A model generated the notes under the pieces. It was given only the letters and a program-made list of their open reading frames with translations. It had not been told where the DNA came from and did no database searches. The translations under genes were made by a program, and so were the position numbers. From Macrostomum hystrix (lineage: Eukaryota > Animalia > Platyhelminthes), in contig CATNEN010000039.1 in assembly GCA_950097015.1 (NCBI GenBank), forward strand, positions 19,406,001 to 19,470,000: a stretch of DNA of 64,000 nucleotides, given 5' to 3'. Of the stretch, positions 11,801-24,494 are shown piece by piece. Positions within the stretch are counted from its first letter, which is position 1; each line of letters begins with the position of its first letter.

Positions 11801-13424
11801 TCAAGCAGCCATGATGAACCAGCCGCTAGTTTTGTCGTAGGTAAACAGTCTACCAGCCGGCTGCATGGAGTCGTCCATTTCGTCCATCCAGCGCCAGATC
11901 AGACGCGCCTTGGCCGCTGACATGAGCTCATTGTCACGGATGTAGTCGGCTGCCCGGCTGTAGGCCACGGTCCGGTCCGGGTGTCGCTCGTCGCAGCTTC
12001 GCGCGTCGACATCGACGCAACGAGTGGAGCGCAGGCTGGCCGAGTTGCGGCTGAAGTAGGCCATTGGGACAGTCCTGACTGGCTGCTGCTGCTGCTGCTC
12101 CTGCTGCTCCTGCTGTGGCCTGTCTAAAACTGAGATTCGAAACCGCGACCTCTCAGTCACCGGCTCAGCAGCATCAACATCGTGCTCTTCGATTGCTGAC
12201 TGCTGCTGCTGCTGCTGCTGCTGCTGTTTGTGCTGCAACTGGCTCTGGCGCATTCGTTTACTACCGTGAAGCAACGGCAGCGGCTCAGGAAGCTGCTTTT
12301 GCTGCTGCTGCTGCTGCAGGGATTTGTTATGAATCTTGTTGTACAGGCTAGGCAGCTTGTTCAGAACTTCAACGTGTCGATCTCTGAAAGACCTACCGCC
12401 GACTAACTGACCGTTTCGCATCTGCTTGTGAAACAGTCTTCCTGGGAATGGAATCTGAATCTGCTGCTGCTGCTGAGCAGCTAGATTGCTCACGCTGCTG
12501 CTGCCAACTGCGTTTCTGGGCGTCCACAGGGACAGCGGGGCCGTATCGAAACTGCTATTAGGATGAGGAAATGCGGAGTTTGCTGCTTGGTTCCTGTGAA
12601 GGTCTTTTCACCCAGAACTGTCCACTTTACCCATTCGCCTCACTATCTACCCCCATTCTATACTCACTATCTATCCACAAATCTACTCACTATCTGCCCC
12701 ACTCTACTCACTATCTACCCCCACCTATCTGCCAATTCTACTCACTATCTATCCCCATCTACTCACTATCTGCCCCACTCTACTCACTATCTACCCCCAT
12801 CTACTCACTATCTACCCACTCTACTCACTATCTACCCACTCTACTCACTATCTACCCACTCAACTCACTATCTACCCACTCAACTCACTATCTACCCACT
12901 CAACTCACTATCTAACCACTCTACTCACTATCTACCCAATCTACTCATTATCTAACCACTCTACTCACTATCTACCCACTCTACTCACTATCTGCCCCAC
13001 TCTACTCACTATCTACCCCCATCTACTCACTATCTACCCACTCTACTCACTATCTACCCACTCTACTCACTATCTACCCACTCAACTCACTATCTACCCA
13101 CTCAACTCACTATCTAACCACTCTACTCACTATCTACCCAATCTACTCACTATCTACCCACTCAACTCACTATCTACCCACTCAACTCACTATCTAACCA
13201 CTCTACTATCTACCCACTCTACTCACTATCTACCCACTCTACTCACTATCTACCCACTCTACTCACTATCTACCCACTCTACTCACTATCTCTATACGAA
13301 TCAGGCAACTACAACAGCGCTCTAATAAACAAATAAACAACCATGACAATTAGAAATCAAACAATCAGCTTGTCACTAACCTGGTCCCTTTGCCAGCTGT
13401 TCCAGCATTCGACGCTCGGATCAT
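11801..13424 (-). CDS. Gln-rich protein of unknown function (about 278 aa, 2 coding exons)
   Basis: Exon 1 13424-13381 (ATG..AG|GTTAGT, phase 2) joins exon 2 12593-11801 (CAG|G, phase 2) in frame. GC-rich codons, polyQ runs, C-terminal DYIRDNELMSAAKARLIWRWMDE. Confidence 0.65.
12640..13292. repeat. ~20-bp minisatellite (CTACTCACTATCTACCCACT) in intron
   Basis: Tandem array seen directly. Confidence 0.95.
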
Positions 13425-14751
13425 AGAATCTTTTTTAGGGTGAAGAACCTTAGAACCCAAAGAACCTTCCAAACCTAAAAGTTATCTAGAAAGTGTTCTG
13501 TTCAGCTTAATAAAGGCAAGTTTTTTATTTTAAATATACTGGCAAGGCGGGCACACAGCAAAGCGAAGCAATTTATTTCGGCTTTTGTTCTGTCAAACGG
13601 CGAGAGAAAAAAGGCCTGAAAGACAGAGAGATACCACATTCACCTCTGGGCCATCAAACAGCTTTTCATCTGGTGTGCTGCGCTGCGTCCCAATGCTGCG
13701 GCAAGTACAGCTTTTTTATTATTTTGTTTGCTAACTGTTTTAGCATTATTTTAAAGCCATTCTACTCGTATATATGTATTGCTCATTTCTAACGCTTAAT
13801 AGAAAAAATACTCGCTTTAAGAGAGAGAGAAAGAAAGAGAGTATAATTAAATTTTCCTCCGGAGCTGTGCAATTTGCACTTTTACTTCAGCAACGAGCAT
13901 ATTCACACTTAACTCAAACTCAAATTTCTGCTCAACTTTGCTTTCAAACAACTTAAATAGCAGAAGACGGTGTCGCTAACATTTTTGCACCTGAATTTGT
14001 CATACATAATAGTAGAACTACCAGGGGGGGAATTTCCACCCCCTGCTGCAAAATTGCAGACATTTTTTTGTGCTGCACCCGAACGGAGCAACGCAAGCAC
14101 ACGAAATTCAAGAACATAGTCCAAATTTTTGTTGCGCATCTTCTGAAACAAGAATCAAGTCGCCAGCTCTTCAGACCGTCGAGATATTCAATGGTTCTGG
14201 CCGAAGGTCCGAGTTTTCCCATAAGCTCTAGTGTATTTCATAACACCCCCATACAGGAATTAGCACTGCGCCTCAGTGCGGCCTTGCCAGGCCTTCAAAA
14301 TTTATCAGCATGTCACCCGAATGTGCCTGCATCATCTCCGTCTTCGGTGGTCACCGACTTTTATCTAGATGGATTTGCTGGACCTTCAAGGGCTACAACA
14401 GGTGGAAATAGGTCACTATGGACACCCTGACGCGAATTTTCAATTTCACTGATCAAGCCTAAATATTAGGCACAGCTCAACAACAGGACACCTTCGTCTG
14501 TCAACCAATCTGTCACCACCCCACGCTGTTAGCATTCAGGCGCTGACCCCTTGGTATAGAAACGGGCGGCAAAATGGCTCGGGGCCGCTACTGTTAAACC
14601 ATTATGACCATTTTTATAATTAAAATTAGAAAATGACACAATAAGTAGTGTGACACCACTCTCACGCATAATGTGTGAACGAAATTGACGAAAATGCTGG
14701 AAAAGTATTTGAAAGTTTTGATTCTATATAATTAGCCTGAGTGTTAAAACC

Positions 14752-15058
14752 AATAATAATAATTAATTGATTACACCTGCCCCAATCGGGCCAGAGGTGC
14801 AGCCGACAGCACAGCCGCAGCTAATGCGCGGCGCATCTGAAGGCTGCGTACAGCTGTTCAGTCCATGGACTGGGGGGACGCCACACCCACCTTCAATTAT
14901 CCCAGCTGATGCTGGTACCCATTTAACAGCTGGGTGAACTGAAGCAATGCAGAATTAAGTGTCTTGCTAAAGGACGCAAATTGTTCCAGTGGAGTCGGGA
15001 ATCGAACCCCCGAACTTCAAGTCCTGAGTCCGACGCCCTAACCACTAGGCTACAACCT
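14752..15058 (-). mobile_element. tRNA-derived SINE with CORE-like central domain
   Basis: Head GTAGCCTAGTGGTTAGGGCG..GGTTCGATTCCC, then TTAGCAAGACACTTAA..CACCCAGCTGTTAAATGGGTACC, and an (ATT)n tail. Confidence 0.75.
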
Positions 15059-15839
15059 CTTAAACTAAACCTCTTAAACCTGTTAAAACTACAATATTAT
15101 ATTACTGGGGTAATGACCTACCTGATGAACTAGGGGAACGGAGTAATGACCTACTTAAGTTACAATAAAATAACCATTGTTGTCGCGGAGAAGTGCTACT
15201 GTCCAGTAATTTTACCTTTAGTCTCTATCCATCCACTATACTAAAAATGAAATGCTTGCTTGCTTGGTTGGTTGGTTGGTTGTAATTGATTTTCTCCCGA
15301 ACAGCTCAACCGATTTTCACAATTTCTTCACCAAAAGATGCTAAATATGGGGAGAATTATACACGTATTTTTATTAAGCTTAACTTTATTGCTAAGGGGA
15401 TTAAATATTCGAAAAACATGATTTTTTCAAAGGTCAAACCATCTTGGCCTATTGAGAATTTTACTCACTGCCACTGAATTAGAATTGCATCGTCAAATTG
15501 CGCAACAACCCCTAGCTGATTGAATTTGAAGCCTGCACTCTGGAGACAAATTAGAAATAAATGTACACAACCAACTGCGAGACTGAGTGTACTCTATTTT
15601 CTTACTTCATTGTACAAAGCCAGAACTTTGAGAATTCATTTTATAAGGCAGATTTTTGCACCCACTAACCAACAGTCGGAATAGCCGATGTGTAGGCACT
15701 AGGAATAGGTTAGGCTAGGCTAGGGTTCGATTCTGCACTGCGTCAAATCATTTAGACTAATTTTCAGCCAGTAGTGATTGAAGATTATTTTAATTTATTT
15801 TTTTCATTTCGTAAATAAAATATCATAAATCATAGCACA

Positions 15840-18080
15840 CCTGAGTTTGAATCATTGCAAAAATAGAGTTTGAATCATGGCTAAACCAGAGTCTGAATCA
15901 TGGCTAAACCAGAGTCTGAATCATGGCTAAACTAGAGTCTGAATCATGGCTAAACCAGAGTTTGAACCATGGCTAAACCAGAGTTTGAATCATGGCTAAA
16001 CCAGAGTCTGAATCATGGCAAAACCAGAGTTTCAATCATGGCTAAACCAGAGTTTCAATCATGGCTAAACCAGCGTCTGAATCATGGCTAAACCAGCGTC
16101 TGAATCATGGCTAAACCAGAGTTTGAATCATGGCTAAACCAGCGTCTGTATCATGGCTAAACCAGAGTTTGAATCATGGCTAAACCAGAGACTAAATCAT
16201 GGCTACACCAGGCTTTGAATCATGGCTAAACCATCATCATCAGCATGGCTAAACCAGAGTTTGAATCATGGCTAAACCAGAGTTTGAATAATGGCTACAC
16301 CAGAGTTTGAACCATGGCTAAACCAGAGTTTGAATCATGGCTAAACCAGAGTCTGAATCATGGCAAAACCAGAGTTTCAATCATGGCTAAACCAGAGTTT
16401 CAATCATGGCTAAACCAGCGTCTGAATCATGGCTAAACCAGCGTCTGAATCATGGCTAAACCAGAGTTTCAATCATGGCTAAACCAGCGTCTGAATCATG
16501 GCTAAACCAGCGTCTGAATCATGGCTAAACCTGAGTTTGAATCATGGCTAAACCAGAGACTAAATCATGGCTAAACCAGCGTCTGAATCATGGCTAAACC
16601 AGAGTTTGAATCATGGCTAAACCAGAGACTAAATCATGGCTAAACCAGCGTCTGAATCATGGCTAAACCAGAGTCTGAATCATGGCTAAACCAGCGTCTG
16701 AATCATGGCTAAACCAGAGTTTGAATCAGGGCTAAACCAGAGACTAAATCATGGCTAAACCAGCGTCTGAATCATGGCTAAACCAGAGTTTGAATCATGG
16801 CTAAACCAGAGACTAAATCATGGCTAAACCAGCGTCTGAATCATGGCTAAACCAGAGTCTGAATCATGGCTAAACCAGCGTCTGAATCATGGCTAAACCA
16901 GAGTTTGAATCATGGCTAAACCAGAGACTAAATCATGGCTACACCAGGCTTTGAATCATGGCTAAACCATCATCATCAGCATGGCTAAACCAGAGTTTGA
17001 ATCATGGCTAAACCATCATCATCAGCATGGCTAAACCAGCGTCTGAATCATGGCTAAACCAGAGTTTGAATCATGGCTAAACCAGAGTTTGAATAATGGC
17101 TACACCAGAGTTTGAATCATGGCTAAACCATCATCATCAGCATGGCTAAACCAGCGTCTGAATCATGGCTAAACCAGAGTTTGAATCATGGCTAAACCAG
17201 AGTTTGAATCATGGCTAAACCAGAGTTTGAATCATAGCCAACCAGAGTCTGAATCATGGCTAAACCAGAGTTTGAATCATGGCTAAACCAGAGTTTGAAT
17301 CATGGCTAAACCAGAGACTAAATCATGGCTAAACCAGCGTCTGAATCATGGCTAAACCAGCGTCTGAATCATGGCTAAACCAGAGTTTGAATCATGGCTA
17401 AACCAGAGACTAAATCATGGCTACACCAGGCTTTGAATCATGGCTAAACCATCATCATCAGCATGGCTAAACCAGAGTTTGAATCATGGCTAAACCATCA
17501 TCATCAGCATGGCTAAACCAGCGTCTGAATCATGGCTAAACCAGAGTTTGAATCATGGCTAAACCAGAGTTTGAATAATGGCTACACCAGAGTTTGAATC
17601 ATGGCTAAACCAGAGTCTGAATCATGGCTAAACCATCATCATCAGCATGGCTAAACCAGCGTCTGAATCATGGCTAAACCAGAGTTTGAATCATGGCTAA
17701 ACCAGAGTTTGAATCATGGCTAAACCAGAGTTTGAATCATAGCCAACCAGAGTTTGAATCTTGGCTAAACCAGAGTTTCAATCATGGCTAACCCGGCGTT
17801 TGAATCATGGCTAAACCAGAGTTTGAATCATGGCAAAAACCGAGTTTCAATAATGGCTAACCCAGCGTTTGAATCATGGCTAAACCAGAGTTTGAATCAT
17901 GGCTAAACCAGAGTTTGAATCATGGCTAAACCAGAGTTTGAATCATGGCTAAACCAGAGTTTGAATCATAGCCAACCAGAGTCTGAATCATGGCAAAACG
18001 AGAGTTTGAATCATAGCCCACCAGGGTTTAAAACATGTCGAAACCTGAGTTTGAATCTTGGCTAACCCAGCGTTTGAAAA
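15840..18080. repeat. 23-bp satellite (CCAGAGTYTGAATCATGGCTAAA), Helitron copy 1
   Basis: Tandem array with recurring variant units. Confidence 0.97.
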
Positions 18081-18084
18081 ATCA

Positions 18085-19305
18085 ACGTCAACTGGGGAGT
18101 CATCATCAAAATGGGGATCATGGTGAACTGGGGGATAATCGTCAACTGGGGGATCATGGTAAACTGGGGGATAATTGTCAACTGGGGGATCATTGTCAAC
18201 TGGGGGATCATTGTCAACTGGGGGATCATTGTCAACTGGGGGATCATTGTCAACTGGGGGATCATTGTCAACTGGGGGATCATTGTCAACTAGGGGGTAA
18301 TGGTCAACTGGGGGATAATCGTCAACTGGGGGATCATTGTCAACTGGGGGATCATTGTCAACTGTGGGATCATTGTCAACTGGGGGATCATTGTCAACTG
18401 GGGGATCATTGTCAACTGGGGGATCATTGTCAACTGGGGGTTCATTGTCAACTGGGGGATCATTGTCAACGGGGGGATCATTGTCAACTGGGGGATCATT
18501 GTCAACTGGGGGTTCATTGTCAACTGGGGGTTCATTGTCAACTGGGGGTTAATTGTCAACTGTGGGATCATTGTCAACGGGCGGGATCATTGTCAACTGG
18601 GGGATCATTGTCAACTGGGGGATCGTTGTCAACTGGGGTTCATTGTCAACTGGGGGATCATAGTCAACTGGGGGATCATTGTCAACTGGGGGATCATCAT
18701 CAACTGGCGGATCATTGTCAACTGGGGGTTCATTGTCAACTGTGGGATCATTGTCAACGGGCGGGATCATTGTCAACTGGGGAATCATTGTCAACTGGGG
18801 GATCATTGTCAACTGGGGGATCATTGTCAACTGGGTGATCATCATCAACTGGGGGATCATTGTCAACTGGGGGAACATTGTCAACTGGAGGAACATTGTT
18901 AACTGGGGATCATCATCAATGGGGAGTCATCATCAACTGGGGGATCATTGTGAACTGGGGGATCTTTGTTAACTGGGGGATCATTGTCAACTGGGGGATC
19001 ATTGTCAACTGGGGGATCATTGTCAACTGGGGGATCATTGTCAACTGGGGGATCATTGTCAACTGGGGGATCATTGTCAACTGGGGGATCATTGTCAACT
19101 GGGGGATCATTGTCAACTGGGGGTTCATTGTGAACTGGGGGATCTTTGTCAACTGGGGGATCATTGTCGACTGTGGGATCATTGTCAACTGGGGATCATT
19201 GTCGACTGCGGGATCATTGCTAACTGGGGAATCATTGTCAACTGGGGGATCATTGTCGACTGCGGGATCATTGCTAACTGGGGGATCATTGTCAACTGGG
19301 GGATC
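18085..19305. repeat. 18-bp satellite (GGGGGATCATTGTCAACT), Helitron copy 1
   Basis: Tandem array seen directly. Confidence 0.97.
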
Positions 19306-19999
19306 AATGTAGAATTAAAAAGCTGTAAATTCAGCTGCTAAAAAGTATATAATAAGACGAATTAAAAATATTTCTGCTCCCCGAAGGGGGGCAAAACTTG
19401 CTAGTCTAATATACTAAAAATGAACTGTTTATTTACTTACTTGGTTGTAATTGATTTTCTCCCGAACGGCTCAACCGATTTTCACCATTTCTTCACCAAA
19501 AGATGCCAAATATGAGGACAATTATACACGTATTTTTATTAAGCTTAACTTTATTGCTAAAGAGATTAAATATTCGAAAAACATGATTTTTCAAAGGTCA
19601 AACATCTTGGCCTATTGAGAATTTTACTCACTGCCACTGAATTGAAATTGCATCGTCAAATTGCGCAACAACCCCTAGCTAATTGAATTTAAAGCCTGCA
19701 CTCTGGAGACAAATTGGAAATAAATGTACACAACCAACCGCGAGACTGAGTGTACTCTATTTTCTTACTTCATTGTACAAAGCCAGAACTTTGAGAATTC
19801 ATTTTATAAGGCTGATTTTTGCACCCACTAACCAACAGTCGGAATAGCCGATGTGTAGGCACTAGGAATAGGTTAGGCTAGGCTAGGGTTCGATTCTGCA
19901 CTGCGTCAAATCATTTAGACTAATTTTCAGCCAGTAGTGATTGAAGATTATTTTAATTTATTTTTTCATTTTGTAAATAAAATATCATAAATCATAGCA

Positions 20000-22185
20000 A
20001 ATCTGAGTTTGAATCATGGCTAAACCAGCGTTTAAATCATGGCTAAACCAGCGTTTAAATCATGGCTAAACCATCGTTTGAATCATGGCTAAACCAGAGT
20101 TTGAATCATGGCTAAACCATCGTTTAAAATCATGGCTAAACCAGAGTCTGAATCATGGCTAAACCAGAGTCTGAATCATGGCTAAACCAGAGTCTGAATC
20201 ATGGCTAAACCAGAGTCTGAATCATGGCTAAACCAGAGTCTGAATCAAGGCTAAACCAGAGTCTGAATCATGGCTAAACCAGAGTCTGAATCATGGCTAA
20301 ACCAGAGTCTGAATCATGGCTAAACCAGAGTCTGAATCATGGCTAAACCAGAGTCTGAATCATGGCTAAACCAGAGTCTGAATCATGGCTAAACCAGAGT
20401 CTGAATCATGGCTAAACCAGAGTCTGAATCATGGCTAAACCAGGATCTGAATCAAGGCTAAACCAGAGTCTGGATCATGGCTAAACCAGAGTCTGAATCA
20501 TGGCTACACAAGAGTCTGAATCATGGCTAAACCAGAGTCTGAATCATGGCTAAACCAGAGTCTGAATCATGGCTAAACCAGAGTCTGAATCATGGCTAAA
20601 CCAGAGTTTGAATCATAGCTAAACCAGAGTCTGAATCATGGCTACACCAGAGTCTGAATCATGGCTAAACCAGAGTCTGAATCATGGCTAAACCAGAGTC
20701 TGAATCATGGCTAAACCAGAGTCTGAATCATGGCTAAACCAGAGTCTGAATCATGGCTAAACCAGAGTCTGAATCATGGCTAAACCAGAGTCTGAATCAT
20801 GGCTAAACCAGAGTCTGAATCATGGCTAAACCAGAGTCTGAATCATGGCTAAACCAGAGTCTGAATCATGGCTAAACCAGAGTCTGAATCATGGCTAAAC
20901 CAGAGTCTGAATCATGGCTAAACCAGAGTCTGAATCATGGCTAAACCAGAGTCTGAATCATGGCTAAACCAGAGTCTGAATCATGGCTAAACCAGAGTCT
21001 GAATCATGGCTACACCAGAGTCTGAATCATAGCTAAACCAGAGTCTGAATCATGGCTAAACCAGAGTCTGAATCATGGCTAAACCAGAGTTTGAATCATA
21101 GCTAAACCAGAGTCTGAATCATGGCTACACCAGAGTCTGAATCATGGCTAAACCAGAGTCTGAATCATGGCTAAACCAGAGTCTGAATCATGGCTAAACC
21201 AGAGTCTGAATCATGGCTAAACCAGAGTCTGAATCATGGCTAAACCAGAGTCTGAATCATGGCTAAACCAGAGTCTGAATCATGGCTAAACCAGAGTCTG
21301 AATCATGGCTAAACCAGAGTCTGAATCATGGCTAAACCAGAGTCTGAATCATGGCTAAACCAGAGTATGAATCATGGCTAAACCAGAGTTTGCATCATGG
21401 CTAAACCAGAGTCTGAATCATGGCTAAACCAGAGTCTGAATCATGGCTAAACCAGAGTTTGAATCATGGCTAAACCAGAGTCTGAATCATGGCTACACCA
21501 GAGTCTGAATCATGGCTAAACCAGAGTTTGAATCATGGCTAAACCAGAGTCTGAATCATGGCTAAACCAGAGTCTGAATCATGGCTAAACCAGAGTTTGA
21601 ATCATAGCTAAACCAGAGTCTGAATCATGGCTACACCAGAGTCTGAATCATGGCTAAACCAGAGTTTGAATCATGGCTAAACCAGAGTCTGAATCATGGC
21701 TAAACCAGAGTCTGAATCATGGCTAAACCAGAGTTTGAATCATAGCTAAACCAGAGTCTGAATCATGGCTAAACCAGAGTCTGAATCATGGCTACACCAG
21801 AGTCTGAATCATGGCTAAACCAGAGTTTGAATCATGGCTACACCAGGGTCTGAATCATGGCTAAACCAGAGTCTGAATCATGGCTAAACCAGAGTCTGAA
21901 TCATGGCAAAACCAGAGTCTGAATCATGGCTAAAACAGAGTCTGAATCATGGCTACACCAGAGTCTGAATCATGGCTAAACCAGAGTTTGAATCATGGCT
22001 AAACCAGAGTTAAAATCATGGCTAAACCAGAGTTAAAATCATGGCTAAACCAGAGTCTGAATCATGGCTAAACCAGAGTCTGAATCATGGCTAAACCAGA
22101 GTCTGAATCATGGCTAAACCAGAGTCTGAATCATGGCTAAACCATAGTATGAATCATGGCTAAACCAGCGTTTGAATCATGGCAA
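20000..22185. repeat. 23-bp satellite, Helitron copy 2
   Basis: Homogeneous CCAGAGTCTGAATCATGGCTAAA array. Confidence 0.97.
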
Positions 22186-22334
22186 AATTTTTCTTTTGTC
22201 ATTGAATTGAATTTTGAGTTTGTTATCTCATAACGTCATAATGATATATATTTGTATGATAAATATTTTGCCTAATAATCATTTAATTGTTGTTCTTCTC
22301 AATTTTCTACAAAAGAAGCTAATATAAAAATTAA

Positions 22335-24100
22335 CTGGGCAACATTGTCAACTGGGCATCATCATCAATAAGGAGTCCTCATCAAATGGGGGATCATTGT
22401 CAACTGGGGGATCATTGTCAACTGGGTGATCATTGTCAACTGGGGGATCATTTTCAACTTGAGATCATTGTCAACTGGGGGATCATTGTCAACTGTGAGA
22501 TCATTGTCAACTGGGGGATCATTGTCAACTGGGGGATCATCATCAACTGGGGGATCATTGTCAACTGGGGGATCATCATCAACTGGGGGATCATTGTAAA
22601 CTGGGGGATCATTGTCAACTGTGGGATCATTGTCAACTGGGGGATCATTGTCAACAAGGGGATCATTGTGAACTGGGGGATCATTGTCAACTGGGTGATC
22701 ATTGTCAACTGGGGGATCATTGTCAACTGAGGGATCATTGTCAACTGGGGTATCATTATCAACTGGGGGATCATTGTCAACTTGGGAATGATTGTCAAAT
22801 GGGTGTTCATTGTCAACTGGGGTATCATTATCAACTGGGGGATCATTGTCAACTTGGGAATGATTGTCAAATGGGTGTTCATTGTCAACTGGGAGATCAT
22901 TGTCAACTGTGGGATCTTTGTCAACTTGGGGATCATTGTCAACTGGGGTATCATTATCAACTGGGGGATCATTGTCAACTTGGGAATGATTGTCAACTGG
23001 GGGATCATTGTCAACTGGGGGGATCATTGTCAACTGGGGGATCATTGTCAACTGGGTGATCATTGTCAACTGGGGGATCATTGTCATCTGAGGGATCATT
23101 GTCAACTGGGGTATCATTATCAACTGGGGGATCATTGTCAACTGGGGAATGATTGTCAAATGGGTGTTCATTGTCAACTGGGGGATCATTGTCAACTGGG
23201 GGATCATTGTCAACTGTGGGATCATTGTCAACTGGGGGATCATTGTCAACAAGGGGATCATTGTGAACTGGGGGATCATTGTCAACTGGGGATCATTGTC
23301 AACTGGGGGATCATTGTCAACTGGGGGATCATTGTCAACTGGGGGATCATTGTCAACTGGGGGATCATTGTGAACTGGGGGATCATTGTCAACTGTGGGA
23401 TCATTGTCAACTGGGGGATCATTGTCAACTAGGGGATCATTGTCAACTGGGGGATCATTGTCAACTGGGTGATCATTGTCAACTGGGGGATCATTGTCAA
23501 CTGGGGGATCATGGTCAACTTGGGGATCATTGTCAACTGGGGGAACATTGTCAACTGGGGGATCATTGTCAACTGGGGGATCATTGTCAACTGGGGGATC
23601 ATTGTAAACTGGGGGATCATTGTCAACTGTGAGATCATTGTCAACTGGGGGATCATTGTCAACTGGGGGATCATTGTCAACTGGGGGATCATCATCAACT
23701 GGGGGATCATTGTCAACTGTGGGATCATTGTCAACTGGGGGATCATTGTCAACTGGGGGATCATCATCAACTGGGGGATCATTGTCAACTGGGGGATCAT
23801 TGTCAACTGGGGGATCATCATCAACTGGGGGATCATTGTCAACTGTGGGATCATTGTCAACTGGGGGATCATTGTCAACAAGGGGATCATTGTGAACTGG
23901 GGGATCATTGTCAACTGGGGATCATTGTCAACTGGGGGTTCATTGTCAACTGGGGGATCATTGTCAACTGGGGGATCATCATCAACTGGGGGATCATTGT
24001 CAACTGGGGATCATTGTCAACTGGGGGTTCATTGTCAACTGGGGGATCATTGTCAACTGGGGGATCATCATCAACTGGGGGATCATTGTCAACTGGGGGT
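22335..24100. repeat. 18-bp satellite, Helitron copy 2
   Basis: Tandem array seen directly. Confidence 0.97.
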
Positions 24101-24494
24101 TTATTTTAGCTTTAAAAAGCTGTAAATTCAGCTGCTAAACAGTATATACAAGACGAATTAAAAATATTTCTGCTCCCCGAAGGGGGGCAAAACATGCTAG
24201 TCTATTTCTCATCGCGGCTTTGATGCGCTCACCACTCCGTTCAATTAATGTACATGTAGTAACTTATCGATCGCCCCACTATCTTGTTATTGTCAGCTAT
24301 GCGCACTCAGCTGTACCCCTCTCAAAACCCACCCCTCCCTTATCGGTTTATACCCCCCCTGTTAGCGCAATAAATAAACTGTTCAAGGCCTAGAGCTTCT
24401 ACTGGAGCTTGTTGACCGTCACCTAAACCATCGGTCTTAAGTCCAAGTTTATTCACAATTGTGACAGCATTCAGTTAGTATTGAAATGCAGTTA

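Larger units (their letters stand above)
15232..19404 (+). mobile_element. Non-autonomous Helitron-like element, copy 1
   Basis: A|TC 5' end (TCCACTATACTAAAAATG), (TTGC/TTGG)n microsatellite, AACAGCTCAACCGATTTT, 3' hairpin GCTCCCC-GAA-GGGGGGC and terminal CTAG. Confidence 0.85.
19405..24200 (+). mobile_element. Non-autonomous Helitron-like element, copy 2 (head-to-tail with copy 1)
   Basis: Starts TCTAATATACTAAAAATG immediately after the CTAG of copy 1; same ~600-bp 5' region; same hairpin; ends CTAG|T. Confidence 0.85.

Noticed and set aside
14010-14566. Possible degenerate piggyBac-like element and 120-aa ORF
   Set aside because: The ends are only loosely inverted, with no TTAA duplication and no recognisable transposase motif.
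14990-15058. tRNA genes here and at 7320, 30750 and 56710
   Set aside because: A/B boxes are present but there is no complete cloverleaf; the contexts indicate SINE-type heads.
15840-22185. CRISPR-like regular repeats
   Set aside because: Contiguous tandem units with no unique spacers, no cas genes, eukaryotic context.
18035-24138. LGDHCQ / WGIIVN repeat ORFs resembling hexapeptide-repeat or antifreeze proteins
   Set aside because: The 18-bp satellite is open on both strands, has frequent indels and lies inside a Helitron.
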